This document shows, piece after piece, positions 48,386 through 58,514 of a stretch of 64,000 nt of DNA. Positions within the stretch are counted from its first letter, which is position 1, and every line of letters begins with the position of its first letter. A program made the translations under genes and the position numbers. The notes under the pieces were generated by a model, which ran no database searches, was not told the origin of the DNA, and worked only from the letters and a program-made list of their open reading frames with translations. Source of the stretch: Sulfurovaceae bacterium (GTDB lineage Bacteria; Campylobacterota; Campylobacteria; Campylobacterales; Sulfurovaceae); contig JADGDQ010000006.1 of NCBI GenBank assembly GCA_016744805.1, forward strand, positions 105 to 64,104, given 5' to 3'.

Positions 48386-49714
48386 AGACTCTTTTGATGC
48401 AAACCCTCTCATGATACTCTTTGCAAATTTGGTCTCTATCTTCGCCTCCATCTTCTCAAAGAGTGCATAGTAGCCCAAAAGAGTACGGTCTAAGAAAATA
48501 TACTCTTCATTGAGTTTATGCACAGAGTCTAGCTGTTTTTTCTGAACTTCTACTATTGTCTCAAAACCTCTTTTTGAAAAGTCATTATGCTCTTGAAAAC
48601 AATAACTATCTTCTAAGAATATCTCTATATAAATACGGTCAAGTGGTTTGATTACTTCTTTATAAAATTCTATCATCTCTTGCATACTTGCTCTATCTAT
48701 CATATCCAAAGCCAAATACTGCTCTACGATTGTAGCATCATCAACACCATCAATTAATGAAAGATGCAAAGTATTATAGCTCTCTAAAAACGCTCTCTCT
48801 ACCTTTTTGACACAGCCAAAATCTATCATGCCCAACTTATCATCAGCCATAAAAATAAAATTCCCTGGATTTGGATCTGCATGGACTCTTTGAAGTTGGT
48901 AGAGTGTAATAAAAAAACTATCAAATAGTATCTGTGCATAATGATTTCTCTTTAATTGTGATGGCTTTGTAGCAAGAAACTGCTCTAAATTTATGCCCTC
49001 TATAAAAGAACTTGCCAAAACCCTTTGTGTCGATATATCAAAAAATACCTCAGGAATAATTATATCTGGATGCTGGAAATTTTTGTAAAAATAATCAAGA
49101 TTACTAGCTTCATAAAGATAATCAACCTCTTCATACAGTCTCTGACTAATTTCATTCATAATATGATCAATATTACGCCCCTTAGCAAAACGAGTCAATG
49201 CAAATTTAAGTATCCCCAAATCACTTTTGATACTCTTGGCTACTCCAGGATATTGAATTTTGATAGCAAGTTTTTTTTGTTTATACAAAGCATAATGCAC
49301 CTGTCCTAAACTCGCTGACCCAAAAGGCAAGAGTTCAAAGCTTTCAAAATACTTTTGTGGATACTCTCCTAGTTCTTGCTTAATTACTTTTCGTACTAAG
49401 GCTCTATTAATAGGTGGTACAGATTGAAATGATTTATTCATCTCTTCAAGGTATGCAGGTGGTAAAAATGGCATAGCTAAGGCTATCTGCTGTGCTACTT
49501 TGATAGAAATACCTTTGAGTTCTCCCAAAGAATCCATTAATAATTTTGCATTTTTATACTCCGTAGAGAGTTTGAGTTCTTCCTTTTTCTGCTTTGATAC
49601 AAAAACTTTTTGAACACTTGTTTTTGCATGATTTGCACCTATTTTTAGTATTGCTTTTCCTAATACTTTACCTCTTGCTAATTGACTAATAGGAATACTC
49701 TCATCTTTATACAT
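48353..49714 (-). CDS. ABC1/UbiB-family atypical protein kinase
   Basis: PFGSASLGQVHYA, AIKIQYPGV, HADPNPGNF and MIDFG are ABC1/AarF kinase motifs. Confidence 0.85.
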   Translation of the reverse strand: MYKDESIPISQLARGKVLGKAILKIGANHAKTSVQKVFVSKQKKEELKLSTEYKNAKLLMDSLGELKGISIKVAQQIALAMPFLPPAYLEEMNKSFQSVPPINRALVRKVIKQELGEYPQKYFESFELLPFGSASLGQVHYALYKQKKLAIKIQYPGVAKSIKSDLGILKFALTRFAKGRNIDHIMNEISQRLYEEVDYLYEASNLDYFYKNFQHPDIIIPEVFFDISTQRVLASSFIEGINLEQFLATKPSQLKRNHYAQILFDSFFITLYQLQRVHADPNPGNFIFMADDKLGMIDFGCVKKVERAFLESYNTLHLSLIDGVDDATIVEQYLALDMIDRASMQEMIEFYKEVIKPLDRIYIEIFLEDSYCFQEHNDFSKRGFETIVEVQKKQLDSVHKLNEEYIFLDRTLLGYYALFEKMEAKIETKFAKSIMRGFASKESLFLFKDMMQK

Positions 49715-50444
49715 GCACTAAGCCCTCTAGTTTGCGTTTAATACCTTCAAAACCTTTTTTGGGTGCACTGTATCGCTCTAATGCAGAAAGCAAGTGTGTT
49801 TTGAGTAAAAACATTCCCAAATCAGAAGCTCTATTAAGTACAGAAGAGTAAAGGAGAGCCTCTATAACACCCATAGAGTGATCTATAAACTGCGTTGTAT
49901 TCTCAAATGATTCACTCTCGTCTTCTATCCAATACGCTACCACCGCGATATAATAATCCCAAAAGAAAAGGGGTAAATACTCTCTAAAGGGTGGTTCTTT
50001 AATCTCATCAGCCTCTATAGCAACACTTAGCATTTCATCAACTATCTCTACAAATTTCTCTTTGGTCTTATAAAGAGTATCTATCTTTAGAGTCGAAGAG
50101 TGAAAGACCATATCTGCAATCTGTACTACAAACTCTCTATCTTCAAGATAAAGTTCTAGCTGTGTTTCCAAAAGTGTTTGTAACTGCTCTCGTAGAGTAT
50201 AAGTATGAAAATCTTCTATCTCTTGGAGTATAAGAGCAGATTTTATATGCTGTTGTTCTATATAGCCATAAAGAAGTTTCTCTTTATTTGGAAAATAGTT
50301 ATAGATAGTAGGATTACTCACTCCTGCTTCTTTTGCTATCTCACGCAAAGAGGCATTTTTAAATCCCTTTTGGATAATAAGGTCTACAGATGCTTGAATA
50401 ATCTTAGCTTTTGTTTTTGCTTTTGCACTTTGTGATATTTTCAT
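49707..50444 (-). CDS. TetR/AcrR-family transcriptional regulator
   Basis: The HTH is FKNASLREIAKEAGVSNPTIYNYFPNKEKL. I place the start at the ATG at 50444, with AAAGGAG upstream. The gene overlaps the ABC1 kinase gene by 8 nt. Confidence 0.85.
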   Translation of the reverse strand: MKISQSAKAKTKAKIIQASVDLIIQKGFKNASLREIAKEAGVSNPTIYNYFPNKEKLLYGYIEQQHIKSALILQEIEDFHTYTLREQLQTLLETQLELYLEDREFVVQIADMVFHSSTLKIDTLYKTKEKFVEIVDEMLSVAIEADEIKEPPFREYLPLFFWDYYIAVVAYWIEDESESFENTTQFIDHSMGVIEALLYSSVLNRASDLGMFLLKTHLLSALERYSAPKKGFEGIKRKLEGLVHV

Positions 50445-50526
50445 AATAACTCCTTTTATTTTAAAAAGTATATTATAAATAGGAATAATTGTCAATATAT
50501 TGTATAGTTTATTAAAATTAAATGCT

Positions 50527-51333
50527 TTAAAGAAGAGCTTTTGTAATAGTTTTTTGTTTATTCTCATAGAGTTTTATTTTTTTTGCTTGGATACACTGTC
50601 CCCTGTCATCAAGCTCAAAAACTATCATTTGAAGTATAGACTTGCAGTTATTAGGTACATTAAAATGCCCACCCAATCCTGTAAGAAAACGGTGAATAGG
50701 CACATCACTCTCCATACCTATCACATTATCACGACAGCCTGTAAGTCCTACATCTGTAACATAACAGCACCCATCAACAATTTCTAAATCATCAGTGCCT
50801 ACATGTGTATGTGTGCCAAGTATAGCAGAGACCTTCTCTTTGAGCAGATATAATAAAGCTCTCTTTTCACTAGTAGCTTCTGCATGTATATCAATAATAA
50901 TATGTTGAATATTTTGAGATTTGAGTTTTTCTACAACCGCTACTATCTTAGTAAATGGGTTATCAACCATAGGCATAGTGTAGTGTCCCATCAGATTAAT
51001 AATAGCAATCTCTTTGCCTAGGAGTGTTGTACGAAAGAGTCCCTCTCCTGCGGTAGATTCAGGATAGTTAATAGGACGGATAAGCGGATAAGTATCAAAG
51101 AGAGTAAGAATCTCTTTTTTGTCAAAGCTATGGTTGCCACCGCTCATCATATCAATACCATAACCCAAAAGCTCTTTACAGTTCTTTTCAGTTAGGCCAA
51201 AACCATGGCTTGCATTCTCGTAATTGGCTATAGTATAATCTATACTATGCTCTTGTTGGAGTTGTGTCAGGTGTTTGCCTAATATCTCTCTTCCTGGTCT
51301 GCCTACTATATCTCCAATAAAACCTATTCGCAT
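50527..51333 (-). CDS. YmdB-like metallophosphoesterase (2',3'-cyclic-nucleotide phosphodiesterase family)
   Basis: MRIGFIGDIVGRPGR, GGNH and GTHTHV motifs are typical of the YmdB/TIGR00282-type family. Confidence 0.8.
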   Translation of the reverse strand: MRIGFIGDIVGRPGREILGKHLTQLQQEHSIDYTIANYENASHGFGLTEKNCKELLGYGIDMMSGGNHSFDKKEILTLFDTYPLIRPINYPESTAGEGLFRTTLLGKEIAIINLMGHYTMPMVDNPFTKIVAVVEKLKSQNIQHIIIDIHAEATSEKRALLYLLKEKVSAILGTHTHVGTDDLEIVDGCCYVTDVGLTGCRDNVIGMESDVPIHRFLTGLGGHFNVPNNCKSILQMIVFELDDRGQCIQAKKIKLYENKQKTITKALL

Positions 51334-51336
51334 AGA

Positions 51337-52359
51337 TTATCCTTGATAGTTCTCTCCAGCAAATGGAAGCAGTGCACTCGCCCAAGTAAGCCCACCACCA
51401 AAAGTATCAAAGAGCATCATCTCACCCTTTTTGAGTCGACCAGATTCATATATATCATTTACCGCCATAGGGATAGAGGCTGCAGAGGTGTTTCCATACT
51501 TGCCTACAGTAAGTACCACTTGGTCTTCACGCATCTTCAATGCATCACCAACAGCTTTGATAATACGATAATTGGCTTGATGTGGAATAAAATGAGGAAT
51601 ATCTTCTGCGTTTATACTGTTCTTTTTCAAAATTTCAATAACATCTTTTGTGAGTGTCTTCACCGCCAACTTAAAGGTCTCATTCCCTTTCATCTGCACA
51701 AAATTAAGTCCCTCATCAATAACTTTTTGACTCACAGGATTAATTGTACCAGGAGCAGGTGTGACCAAAAAATCTGCGTATGATCCATCAGCACTCGCAT
51801 GCACATCTACTATCGCCTCTTCTTTCTTTGAACTAGCACTAATAATAGCTGCACCAGCACCATCACCAAAGAGTATACAAGTACCTCTATCGGTATAATC
51901 CACAATAGAAGAGAACTTCTCTGCACCAATAATCAAAACATTCTTCTTCATACCTGACTCAATAAAAGCTTTTGCCAAAGAGATAAGATAGACAAATCCA
52001 CTACACGCAGCAGATATATCAAAGGCCTGAACATTATGAATACCAAGTTTATCAGAAATTATACACGCCGTAGAGGGCATATTAAAGTAATCAGGAGTAA
52101 CCGTAGCACAGATAACCAAATCTACATCATCACAAGATATTCCAGCTCTCTCAATAGCCTTTAGTCCAGCTTTTGCACCCATATCACTTGTGTACTCATC
52201 ATCTGCAGCAATTCGTCGCTCTTTGATACCTGTTCTTTTTAGAATCCACTCATCTGTTGTATCAACCATACTCTCTAAATCACTATTGCTCAATATCTTT
52301 TGGGGAGCATAGGCCCCAATAGAACGAAATGATGCATAGATGGGTGAATAATTTGACAT
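51337..52359 (-). CDS. fabH: 3-oxoacyl-ACP synthase III
   Basis: Present are the active-site Cys context AACSGF, HQAN, and GNTSAASIP with a GGG loop. Confidence 0.95.
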   Translation of the reverse strand: MSNYSPIYASFRSIGAYAPQKILSNSDLESMVDTTDEWILKRTGIKERRIAADDEYTSDMGAKAGLKAIERAGISCDDVDLVICATVTPDYFNMPSTACIISDKLGIHNVQAFDISAACSGFVYLISLAKAFIESGMKKNVLIIGAEKFSSIVDYTDRGTCILFGDGAGAAIISASSKKEEAIVDVHASADGSYADFLVTPAPGTINPVSQKVIDEGLNFVQMKGNETFKLAVKTLTKDVIEILKKNSINAEDIPHFIPHQANYRIIKAVGDALKMREDQVVLTVGKYGNTSAASIPMAVNDIYESGRLKKGEMMLFDTFGGGLTWASALLPFAGENYQG

Positions 52360-52475
52360 AAGTATCCTTGAACTAAAAATAATATTGCGTTTATTTTACC
52401 ATAATTTATTAAGAATTTTATCAAAAAAGAGAAAGAATAATTATAAAAAATTAATTCGTAGCCAAACTGATGCCT

Positions 52476-53477
52476 CTATGAGGATTTCGTTTGACTTTTT
52501 GTAAGAAGTGCTTCAATTGTTGCATTAACATCAGATTGTGTATAGCTAATAGCTTGAAAAATAGCATTTTTAATAGCTTTTGAGTTGCTACTTCCATGGC
52601 TTACAATAGCACAACCATCTATACCAAGAAGTGGAGCCCCACCATACTCTGCGTAATCAACCTGTTTTTTAAGTTTGCTAAAGACTTTCTTTTTCATTAG
52701 CAATGCACCAAATTTAGCAGGAAGAGAGCGACGCATATTCTCTTTCATCATAGTAAAGATAGTTTTTACAACACCTTCACTTGTTTTGAGTAGAATATTT
52801 CCTGTAAATCCATCACAAACAACAACATTTACAGAACCATCAAAGATATCTCCACCCTCTACATTCCCTATAAATCCATCAAGGTCTTGCAGGAGTTTAA
52901 AAGCCTCTTTTGTAAGTTCGTTACCTTTGCTATCTTCTTCACCATTGGATAAAAGTCCAACTTTAGGTGATGCTACACCCATAATTTTTTGTACATACGC
53001 CTCACCCATAGCACCAAACTCATAGAGGTTTTGTGCCTTACAGTCTACTACTGCACCCACATCTAAAACCAAAGTTTTTGTACTGCCCAAAGTTGGCATA
53101 AGTGTAGCAAGTGCAGGTTTAGATATATGAGGAAGTCGTCCAATACGGAGAGTAGCAAGTGTCATTGTAGCACCACTATGACCTGCTGATACTATAGCTG
53201 ATGCTTTTTTGTTACGCACAAGTTCAACAGCTTTAAAAATAGATGAATCTTTTCGTCGCAAAGCATTTGTTGCTTGATCACTCATCAAAATAACATCACT
53301 AGCTTCAACAATTTCAACTTTATCAATATAATATTGGGGGAGAAATGAGAGAATCTCTTTTTTATCACCTACAAGTATAGGCAAAAAGCTCTTCTCTTCG
53401 AGTGCGTGTATACATCCCTCGATGATAGGTTCAGGACCAAAGTCCCCACCCATAGCATCTATGGCTATTTTAATCAT
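52476..53477 (-). CDS. plsX: Phosphate acyltransferase PlsX
   Basis: [12 protein letters not shown] is present, the overall sequence resembles PlsX, and the rpmF-plsX-fabH order is conserved. Confidence 0.95.
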   Translation of the reverse strand: MIKIAIDAMGGDFGPEPIIEGCIHALEEKSFLPILVGDKKEILSFLPQYYIDKVEIVEASDVILMSDQATNALRRKDSSIFKAVELVRNKKASAIVSAGHSGATMTLATLRIGRLPHISKPALATLMPTLGSTKTLVLDVGAVVDCKAQNLYEFGAMGEAYVQKIMGVASPKVGLLSNGEEDSKGNELTKEAFKLLQDLDGFIGNVEGGDIFDGSVNVVVCDGFTGNILLKTSEGVVKTIFTMMKENMRRSLPAKFGALLMKKKVFSKLKKQVDYAEYGGAPLLGIDGCAIVSHGSSNSKAIKNAIFQAISYTQSDVNATIEALLTKSQTKSS

Positions 53478-53482
53478 CGAAA

Positions 53483-53647
53483 TTAGCTTTTATCTTTTCC
53501 AGTATACTCACCTGTAGTCATGTTCATGTGGTGTGGCATTCTCCATGTTCCATCTTCATCTTTTACTGGTCTTGGAAGTGTTAATTTATAGTGTGTTCTT
53601 CTCTTTGCTGATCTTGTATGACTCACGCGTCTTTTAGGTACTGCCAT
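53483..53647 (-). CDS. rpmF: 50S ribosomal protein L32 (not in the ORF track; below the size cutoff)
   Basis: My translation is [54 protein letters not shown], 54 aa. MAVPKRR...S..R is the canonical L32 N-terminus. Confidence 0.9.
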   Translation of the reverse strand: MAVPKRRVSHTRSAKRRTHYKLTLPRPVKDEDGTWRMPHHMNMTTGEYTGKDKS

Positions 53648-53678
53648 GATATTTCCTTTTTTGTTATTTTATTAGAAT

Positions 53679-54053
53679 TTAAAATTCCATCTCAAATACT
53701 TCATCACTATTATCACATCTATCGCAATAGTGATATTCACTTCTGAATGTATTCATTTCACTTAGTAAGATAAAAGAGATATCCACCTCTCCATCTAAAA
53801 ATTCGATTATATCTAAATCAACTTTATCTTCTACTATTTGGTCACTGATTGTTAGTTTCAAAGATGACTCCATAGTGCTATCAAACGAGACTCCACAGCG
53901 ATTACAAGTAATCTCTACATCACCCTTAATAGCTCCAACTAACTCCAAGCGATGGTACCCACTTTTTTGTAGTTTCCCCTCAAAGTTTACACCATGTTCG
54001 TCTATATTAAAAGGCTTTATAGTGTGTCCAACTTTGTCAAATAGTATCTTCAT
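53679..54053 (-). CDS. DUF177 (YceD-like) protein
   Basis: It has two CxxC pairs (CNRCG; CDRCD) and an acidic C-terminus. Its position upstream of rpmF is conserved. Confidence 0.75.
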   Translation of the reverse strand: MKILFDKVGHTIKPFNIDEHGVNFEGKLQKSGYHRLELVGAIKGDVEITCNRCGVSFDSTMESSLKLTISDQIVEDKVDLDIIEFLDGEVDISFILLSEMNTFRSEYHYCDRCDNSDEVFEMEF

Positions 54054-54061
54054 TGTCTCTC

Positions 54062-54475
54062 TTAGCTAATATCTTTTTGTGCAAAGAAAAATGCAATTTC
54101 AATCGCTGCATTCTCTACAGAGTCACTACCATGAACTGCATTTGCATCAATACTCTCTGCAAAATCTGCTCTAATAGTTCCAGCTTGGGCCTCTTTTGGA
54201 TTTGTTGCACCCATAAGGTCTCTATTTTTTGTCATTGCATCTTCACCCTCAAGTACTGTTACTACAACAGGACCAGATATCATAAAGTCTACAAGCTCAC
54301 CAAAGAAAGGTCTCTCAGCATGAACAGCATAAAATGCCTCTGCATCTGCACGGCTTAATTGAATCTTTTTAGTTGCTGCAATACGAAGACCTGCATCTTC
54401 AAATCTTGAGAGGATTTTACCTACTACGCTTTTAGCTACTGCATCAGGTTTGATGATTGATAATGTTTGTTCCAT
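54062..54475 (-). CDS. ndk: Nucleoside diphosphate kinase
   Basis: [12 protein letters not shown] is present, along with the active-site context NAVHGSDS. Confidence 0.96.
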   Translation of the reverse strand: MEQTLSIIKPDAVAKSVVGKILSRFEDAGLRIAATKKIQLSRADAEAFYAVHAERPFFGELVDFMISGPVVVTVLEGEDAMTKNRDLMGATNPKEAQAGTIRADFAESIDANAVHGSDSVENAAIEIAFFFAQKDIS

Positions 54476-54622
54476 AATGGTTTCCTAGGGAATATAATTT
54501 ACTTCGATAAGTATCGTTTTGGAGAAACTAGAAGTATTTGGGCGGAATTTTACCTAAAATATAATTAATATTTAATTAATTTGTCTCTATTTTGCTAGTT
54601 ATACATGCTACCAAAGAATAAA

Positions 54623-54641
54623 GTAGAGGGTATACCCCTAC
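54623..54641 (-). terminator. Candidate intrinsic terminator overlapping the stop codon of the DUF4214/DUF1566 gene
   Basis: A GC-rich hairpin GTAGAGG-gtata-CCCCTAC (one mismatch) is followed on the minus strand by TTTATTCTTT. Confidence 0.45.
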
Positions 54642-56251
54642 TCCACCTCTCTTACACAACGAGAGAAGTTAAGACCTCGAATCACATCTCCTTGTGGACC
54701 GTGTGTAATCGCTCCATCGACAATAACATAATCCTCACTACTTGTATCAAGCAAAGAGATATCTTTTGGGTCACTTCTTTGGGCTCCTGCTCCGTGAGCG
54801 TCCATCCATGTACTGTCCATATATCCCAAGCTTCTACCAAAACTCACATAAACCGCTGAAGCACCTGTGCCGTTAGATGATTTGTGAGTCGTACTACTCC
54901 AGTAGAATCCAAAGTCACTCGCTCCTGCTTCATTGGTGATAGCTGTGGCATTAAATATCGCATTGATTGCTGGGGATGCTGTGGTATCTGGTGAGCGAGT
55001 ATAGTCTACTATGCTCTGTAACTCTTTTGCATCAGGGAGTTTCCAGTCGCTATAACCTGCTAGGGTGGAGTTTTCACAATAGCTTATGGCACTATCCCAA
55101 TTAGTCTCTGTGCTATTATCATTTTTGTGCCACATAAGCTCTGTTGCACTATCTGTAATAGTCATATCACCATTATCCACAAAGCTATTTGTAGCATAAT
55201 TTTCGTTGTCTCGTACACACTGCACATAAAACATCTTATCTATGCCTCGTAGCTCCAATCCATATCCTTTGATCCGTCCATCTGCAAAATTGAGTCCAAA
55301 CATTGTAGCGTCACCATTCATAGTAGTAGAGACATAGTTTGTAGTTGTCGCCCATTGACCATCTATGATTCTCTCTCCTGCATCTGTATCTCCATAACCA
55401 AAGCCAAAGACTGTATTATCTATAAATGGCTCTAGTGAGCTTGTATCATCTCCTGTCTCTCCACTTGGATCAGAGCCTGAGAAGTTCATCAGAGAGTAGA
55501 TTGTTTTAATATCAGGCAATCTCCAATCACTATATCCTGCTAATGAGAGATTTGAACAATACGATATAGCATCACTTTGAGATAATTTATCAACCGCTTT
55601 TACCTCTCCACTCCCATCTCTATCGGCTGTCTGTTGCCACATAAGTCCAGTGACATTATCTGTTACAGTCAAGTCACCATTATCTGTATAACTCATACTA
55701 TTGGTAGTATAAGCACCATCTTGCCCACTACTAGCACACTCTGTGGAGAGACCCTTTGAGGTAAAACAGTTCTCTTGGGATGTATCTACTATGGTGTAAC
55801 TACTTTGACCTATGCCAAGTTCGCTTAGAGCCTCTTGTGTTTTACTCTGTAAGATAGTGGCATCATCACCAATAGCTCCATTGACAACGGCCAAAATAAA
55901 TACAGAATTAGAGACACTCCCACTATCTAACTCCCCTACCCAATAGTCACTCCCCGCACTATCAGGAGAGCGTTGGAAAAGGTTTGTATAGATAGCATCG
56001 ATAAAGTCTGTGCTAGTTGTACCCTCTGGATATTTTGCTTTTGTCTCCTCTTGGTCAAAAAAACTCTGAGCAATACTCTCTAGGCTCAAATTAGAGCTAC
56101 CCACCCAGTAGTTCAACCCTGCGATATCTGGAGTTCTATCAAATGTAGCAATATAGAGCCTTGTTACATTAGTCTGTGTCGCCACCTCTGCATACACACC
56201 TGTCACCATCAATCCAACTGCTGTACATAGCGTAAGAAATTTCCGTTTCAT
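54638..56251 (-). CDS. Secreted DUF4214 + 2x DUF1566 (Lcl C-terminal-like) protein
   Basis: There is a signal peptide and two DUF4214 units (ATFDRTPDIAGLNYW; LFQRSPDSAGSDYWVGELDSG). Two DUF1566-type units follow, with GYSDWRLPDIKTIYSL and GYSDWKLPDAKELQSIVDY. I prefer the ATG at 56251 over the TTG at 56257. Confidence 0.75.
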   Translation of the reverse strand: MKRKFLTLCTAVGLMVTGVYAEVATQTNVTRLYIATFDRTPDIAGLNYWVGSSNLSLESIAQSFFDQEETKAKYPEGTTSTDFIDAIYTNLFQRSPDSAGSDYWVGELDSGSVSNSVFILAVVNGAIGDDATILQSKTQEALSELGIGQSSYTIVDTSQENCFTSKGLSTECASSGQDGAYTTNSMSYTDNGDLTVTDNVTGLMWQQTADRDGSGEVKAVDKLSQSDAISYCSNLSLAGYSDWRLPDIKTIYSLMNFSGSDPSGETGDDTSSLEPFIDNTVFGFGYGDTDAGERIIDGQWATTTNYVSTTMNGDATMFGLNFADGRIKGYGLELRGIDKMFYVQCVRDNENYATNSFVDNGDMTITDSATELMWHKNDNSTETNWDSAISYCENSTLAGYSDWKLPDAKELQSIVDYTRSPDTTASPAINAIFNATAITNEAGASDFGFYWSSTTHKSSNGTGASAVYVSFGRSLGYMDSTWMDAHGAGAQRSDPKDISLLDTSSEDYVIVDGAITHGPQGDVIRGLNFSRCVREVE

Positions 56252-56312
56252 TCTCAACCCTTTGTCTTATATTTACATATTTTATATAGTACTCTTTAGA
56301 GAAAAACTTATG

Positions 56313-56339
56313 GTAACCAAAAGTAAATGGTTGGTAACA
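56313..56339 (-). promoter_or_regulatory. Conserved 27-nt direct-repeat motif, copy 1 (upstream of the DUF4214/DUF1566 gene)
   Basis: The minus strand reads TGTTAC-caacca-TTTAC-ttttg-GTTAC. It lies 61 nt upstream of the ATG at 56251. The same architecture occurs at 60356-60382 and 63285-63311. Confidence 0.55.
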
Positions 56340-56358
56340 ATAATTAAATTAAAAAATC

Positions 56359-57102
56359 TTAATGTTTTAAAGATTTATAGTTTCTTAAAATCCAGTATCT
56401 AAGAGCAAGAAACTCATTATTTTGATTTTTAAATGCATCTAGCAAAGTTTTTAAGAGTATTTCTATAGATTCATTTTTAAGTTTTTTATCCATAAGGCTC
56501 TCTTTAAAATCATCTATAATTGTTTGTCTTTTTTCATTCAAACTATCTCTATCTAATCCACACATCCCAATAGTATACTGCACTCTTTTATCTTTTGAAG
56601 CTATCACTCCATCATCAAAACTTAGCTTTTCCAAAACACTTTCTATCTCAGGGTGAATCATCTTTGGTTTTTCAAACTCTTGATATTGCTGGGCATAAGA
56701 GTGAATATTCTCCTTAAAGCTCTCTTCATAATAGACCTCATCTGCTAAAATTTCAAAATTATTACCTTTGTTGTGATTGCATCTATAACAACACCATAAA
56801 AGGTTATCCCAAGAGAAAGCCAACCAATAATATTTACTTTTAGGACGATAATGCTCCACTGTACTAGAACACTCTTCTAAATTATTATCTCTACACTCTA
56901 TAATTTTTTGCTCACAAAAAGCACACTTTTTATGATAGATAGTTTGGAGAGCCTCTTTTATATCTAGTTGTTTGTAGCGTTGGTGAAAATCTCTCTTTTG
57001 ATGGTATTTTCTATCTCGTATACATGTATTTCTTCTCGTATCAGTTTTCCTATCTATAAGAGAAGCAGGAATACTCTCTAAGTTTTTAGAAACTTTTATC
57101 AT
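56359..57102 (-). CDS. ptuB: Septu PtuB-like HNH endonuclease
   Basis: CAFCEQKI...STVEHYRPKS...WDNLLWCCYRCNHNKGN gives CxxC, H and N, then CxxCNxxK, which is the HNH/Zn-finger pattern. A 4-nt ATGA overlap joins it to the upstream ATPase gene. Confidence 0.75.
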   Translation of the reverse strand: MIKVSKNLESIPASLIDRKTDTRRNTCIRDRKYHQKRDFHQRYKQLDIKEALQTIYHKKCAFCEQKIIECRDNNLEECSSTVEHYRPKSKYYWLAFSWDNLLWCCYRCNHNKGNNFEILADEVYYEESFKENIHSYAQQYQEFEKPKMIHPEIESVLEKLSFDDGVIASKDKRVQYTIGMCGLDRDSLNEKRQTIIDDFKESLMDKKLKNESIEILLKTLLDAFKNQNNEFLALRYWILRNYKSLKH

Positions 57103-58514
57103 AAATCATTCTCTTTAAGATAATCATCTAACTCTTGATGTATCATAGCAATAATTTCTTCTTCAATAATCGCTTTTTTACCTTGTATGCGTTCTTTGAT
57201 AATATTGTGAATTTTACTAGAGATAAAATCTTCTCGTGTATCAAGATTATTGTCATTGTCTCTAGCCCTTGCCGTATCCATATCAAATAGTGGAGATGTA
57301 GAGAGAGAATTTGCCATAAGGTTTTTAATATCATTCATAGGTTGAGATATTTTAGTCGCTCCCTCTTCTTTATAGACTTTAAAAAATATCGCATCATCAC
57401 TAGCCCCAAGTACCGTCACCATACTATGTGTAACCATAATAAATTGAACCTCTTTAAATACTTCTCTCAAAGTATGGACAAAATCATATTTCCATCTAGG
57501 GTGTAGATATAAGTCTACTTCATCTATCAAAACAATAGCTTTTAATTTTGCCAATTCGGTAACATTTGGTTGATTTACTATCAATCTCGAAACCAAATCA
57601 TATAGCCATATAATAGTACTCTTATACCCCTCTGAAAGCTCATTGAAATCAATATCTCCACCATCGAAAATATTTAAATCTTCTCTTAAAATAGTTTTAT
57701 TTAGTACTGAGATAAACTCTTTTAGTAGTGAATGATCTCCTTGATAATTTTTGCCTAATTCATAAAAAGGATCTTTTAAGAGTGTTGTTCTTTGTGAATC
57801 ACTTGTATCAAATAAACCACTGTAACCATATTTATCAAATGTACGATAATCAATTTTATTTCTATTGATACCATAAGCAAATACATTTTGAATATCAAGA
57901 TTATTACTATAGTGTTCAGAAAATTCATCTTTTGCAGATAACTCCATACCACTATCTCTAATATGTTCGATTACAATGCCTGAATACTCTTTTTTGAGTG
58001 CCAATAAAATAGCTTGTAATAAAATTGTCTTCCCATCTCCATTTTCACCCACAAAATATATCTCTTTTTTCTCTTTGAGGTTTTGTATCTCTATATCTTT
58101 GAGGGAGAAATATTTTTTGATTTTGATGGAGTTCAAAAATGCTGTTTCTATATGAAAGATTGGAATTTTACTTACTATTTGAGAGTTTTTATCATTGGTT
58201 TTATTAAAAAAAGTATTTACATGTTGTTGTATAAAGTGTATACTGATTTCCATTTTTGTTGAATAGTAAGAAATATCATAAATATGTTCAATAATATAGC
58301 GTAACTTCTCATCTAATAATTTTAATAAGTTTTCTTCTTTTGCTTGTTCTAGTAAAGAAAAATTATCTATATATAGCTTTATAGTTTTAGAAAATTGTTT
58401 TATGTCCGTGTCAATATCAAGTGTATTGAATTGTTTTATAATACTTGCAGTAGAGATAAGATTTTCAATATCATATAGATTTTTATTAATCCTATTTAAA
58501 AGCTCTTTATTCAT
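57099..58514 (-). CDS. ptuA: Septu PtuA-like ABC/AAA_15-AAA_21 ATPase with an N-terminal extension
   Basis: Motifs are Walker A GENGDGKT (about aa 157), signature-like LSEGYKS, Walker B IVLIDEVDLYLHP and H-loop VTHS. About 140 aa precede the ATPase core. Confidence 0.75.
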   Translation of the reverse strand: MNKELLNRINKNLYDIENLISTASIIKQFNTLDIDTDIKQFSKTIKLYIDNFSLLEQAKEENLLKLLDEKLRYIIEHIYDISYYSTKMEISIHFIQQHVNTFFNKTNDKNSQIVSKIPIFHIETAFLNSIKIKKYFSLKDIEIQNLKEKKEIYFVGENGDGKTILLQAILLALKKEYSGIVIEHIRDSGMELSAKDEFSEHYSNNLDIQNVFAYGINRNKIDYRTFDKYGYSGLFDTSDSQRTTLLKDPFYELGKNYQGDHSLLKEFISVLNKTILREDLNIFDGGDIDFNELSEGYKSTIIWLYDLVSRLIVNQPNVTELAKLKAIVLIDEVDLYLHPRWKYDFVHTLREVFKEVQFIMVTHSMVTVLGASDDAIFFKVYKEEGATKISQPMNDIKNLMANSLSTSPLFDMDTARARDNDNNLDTREDFISSKIHNIIKERIQGKKAIIEEEIIAMIHQELDDYLKENDL

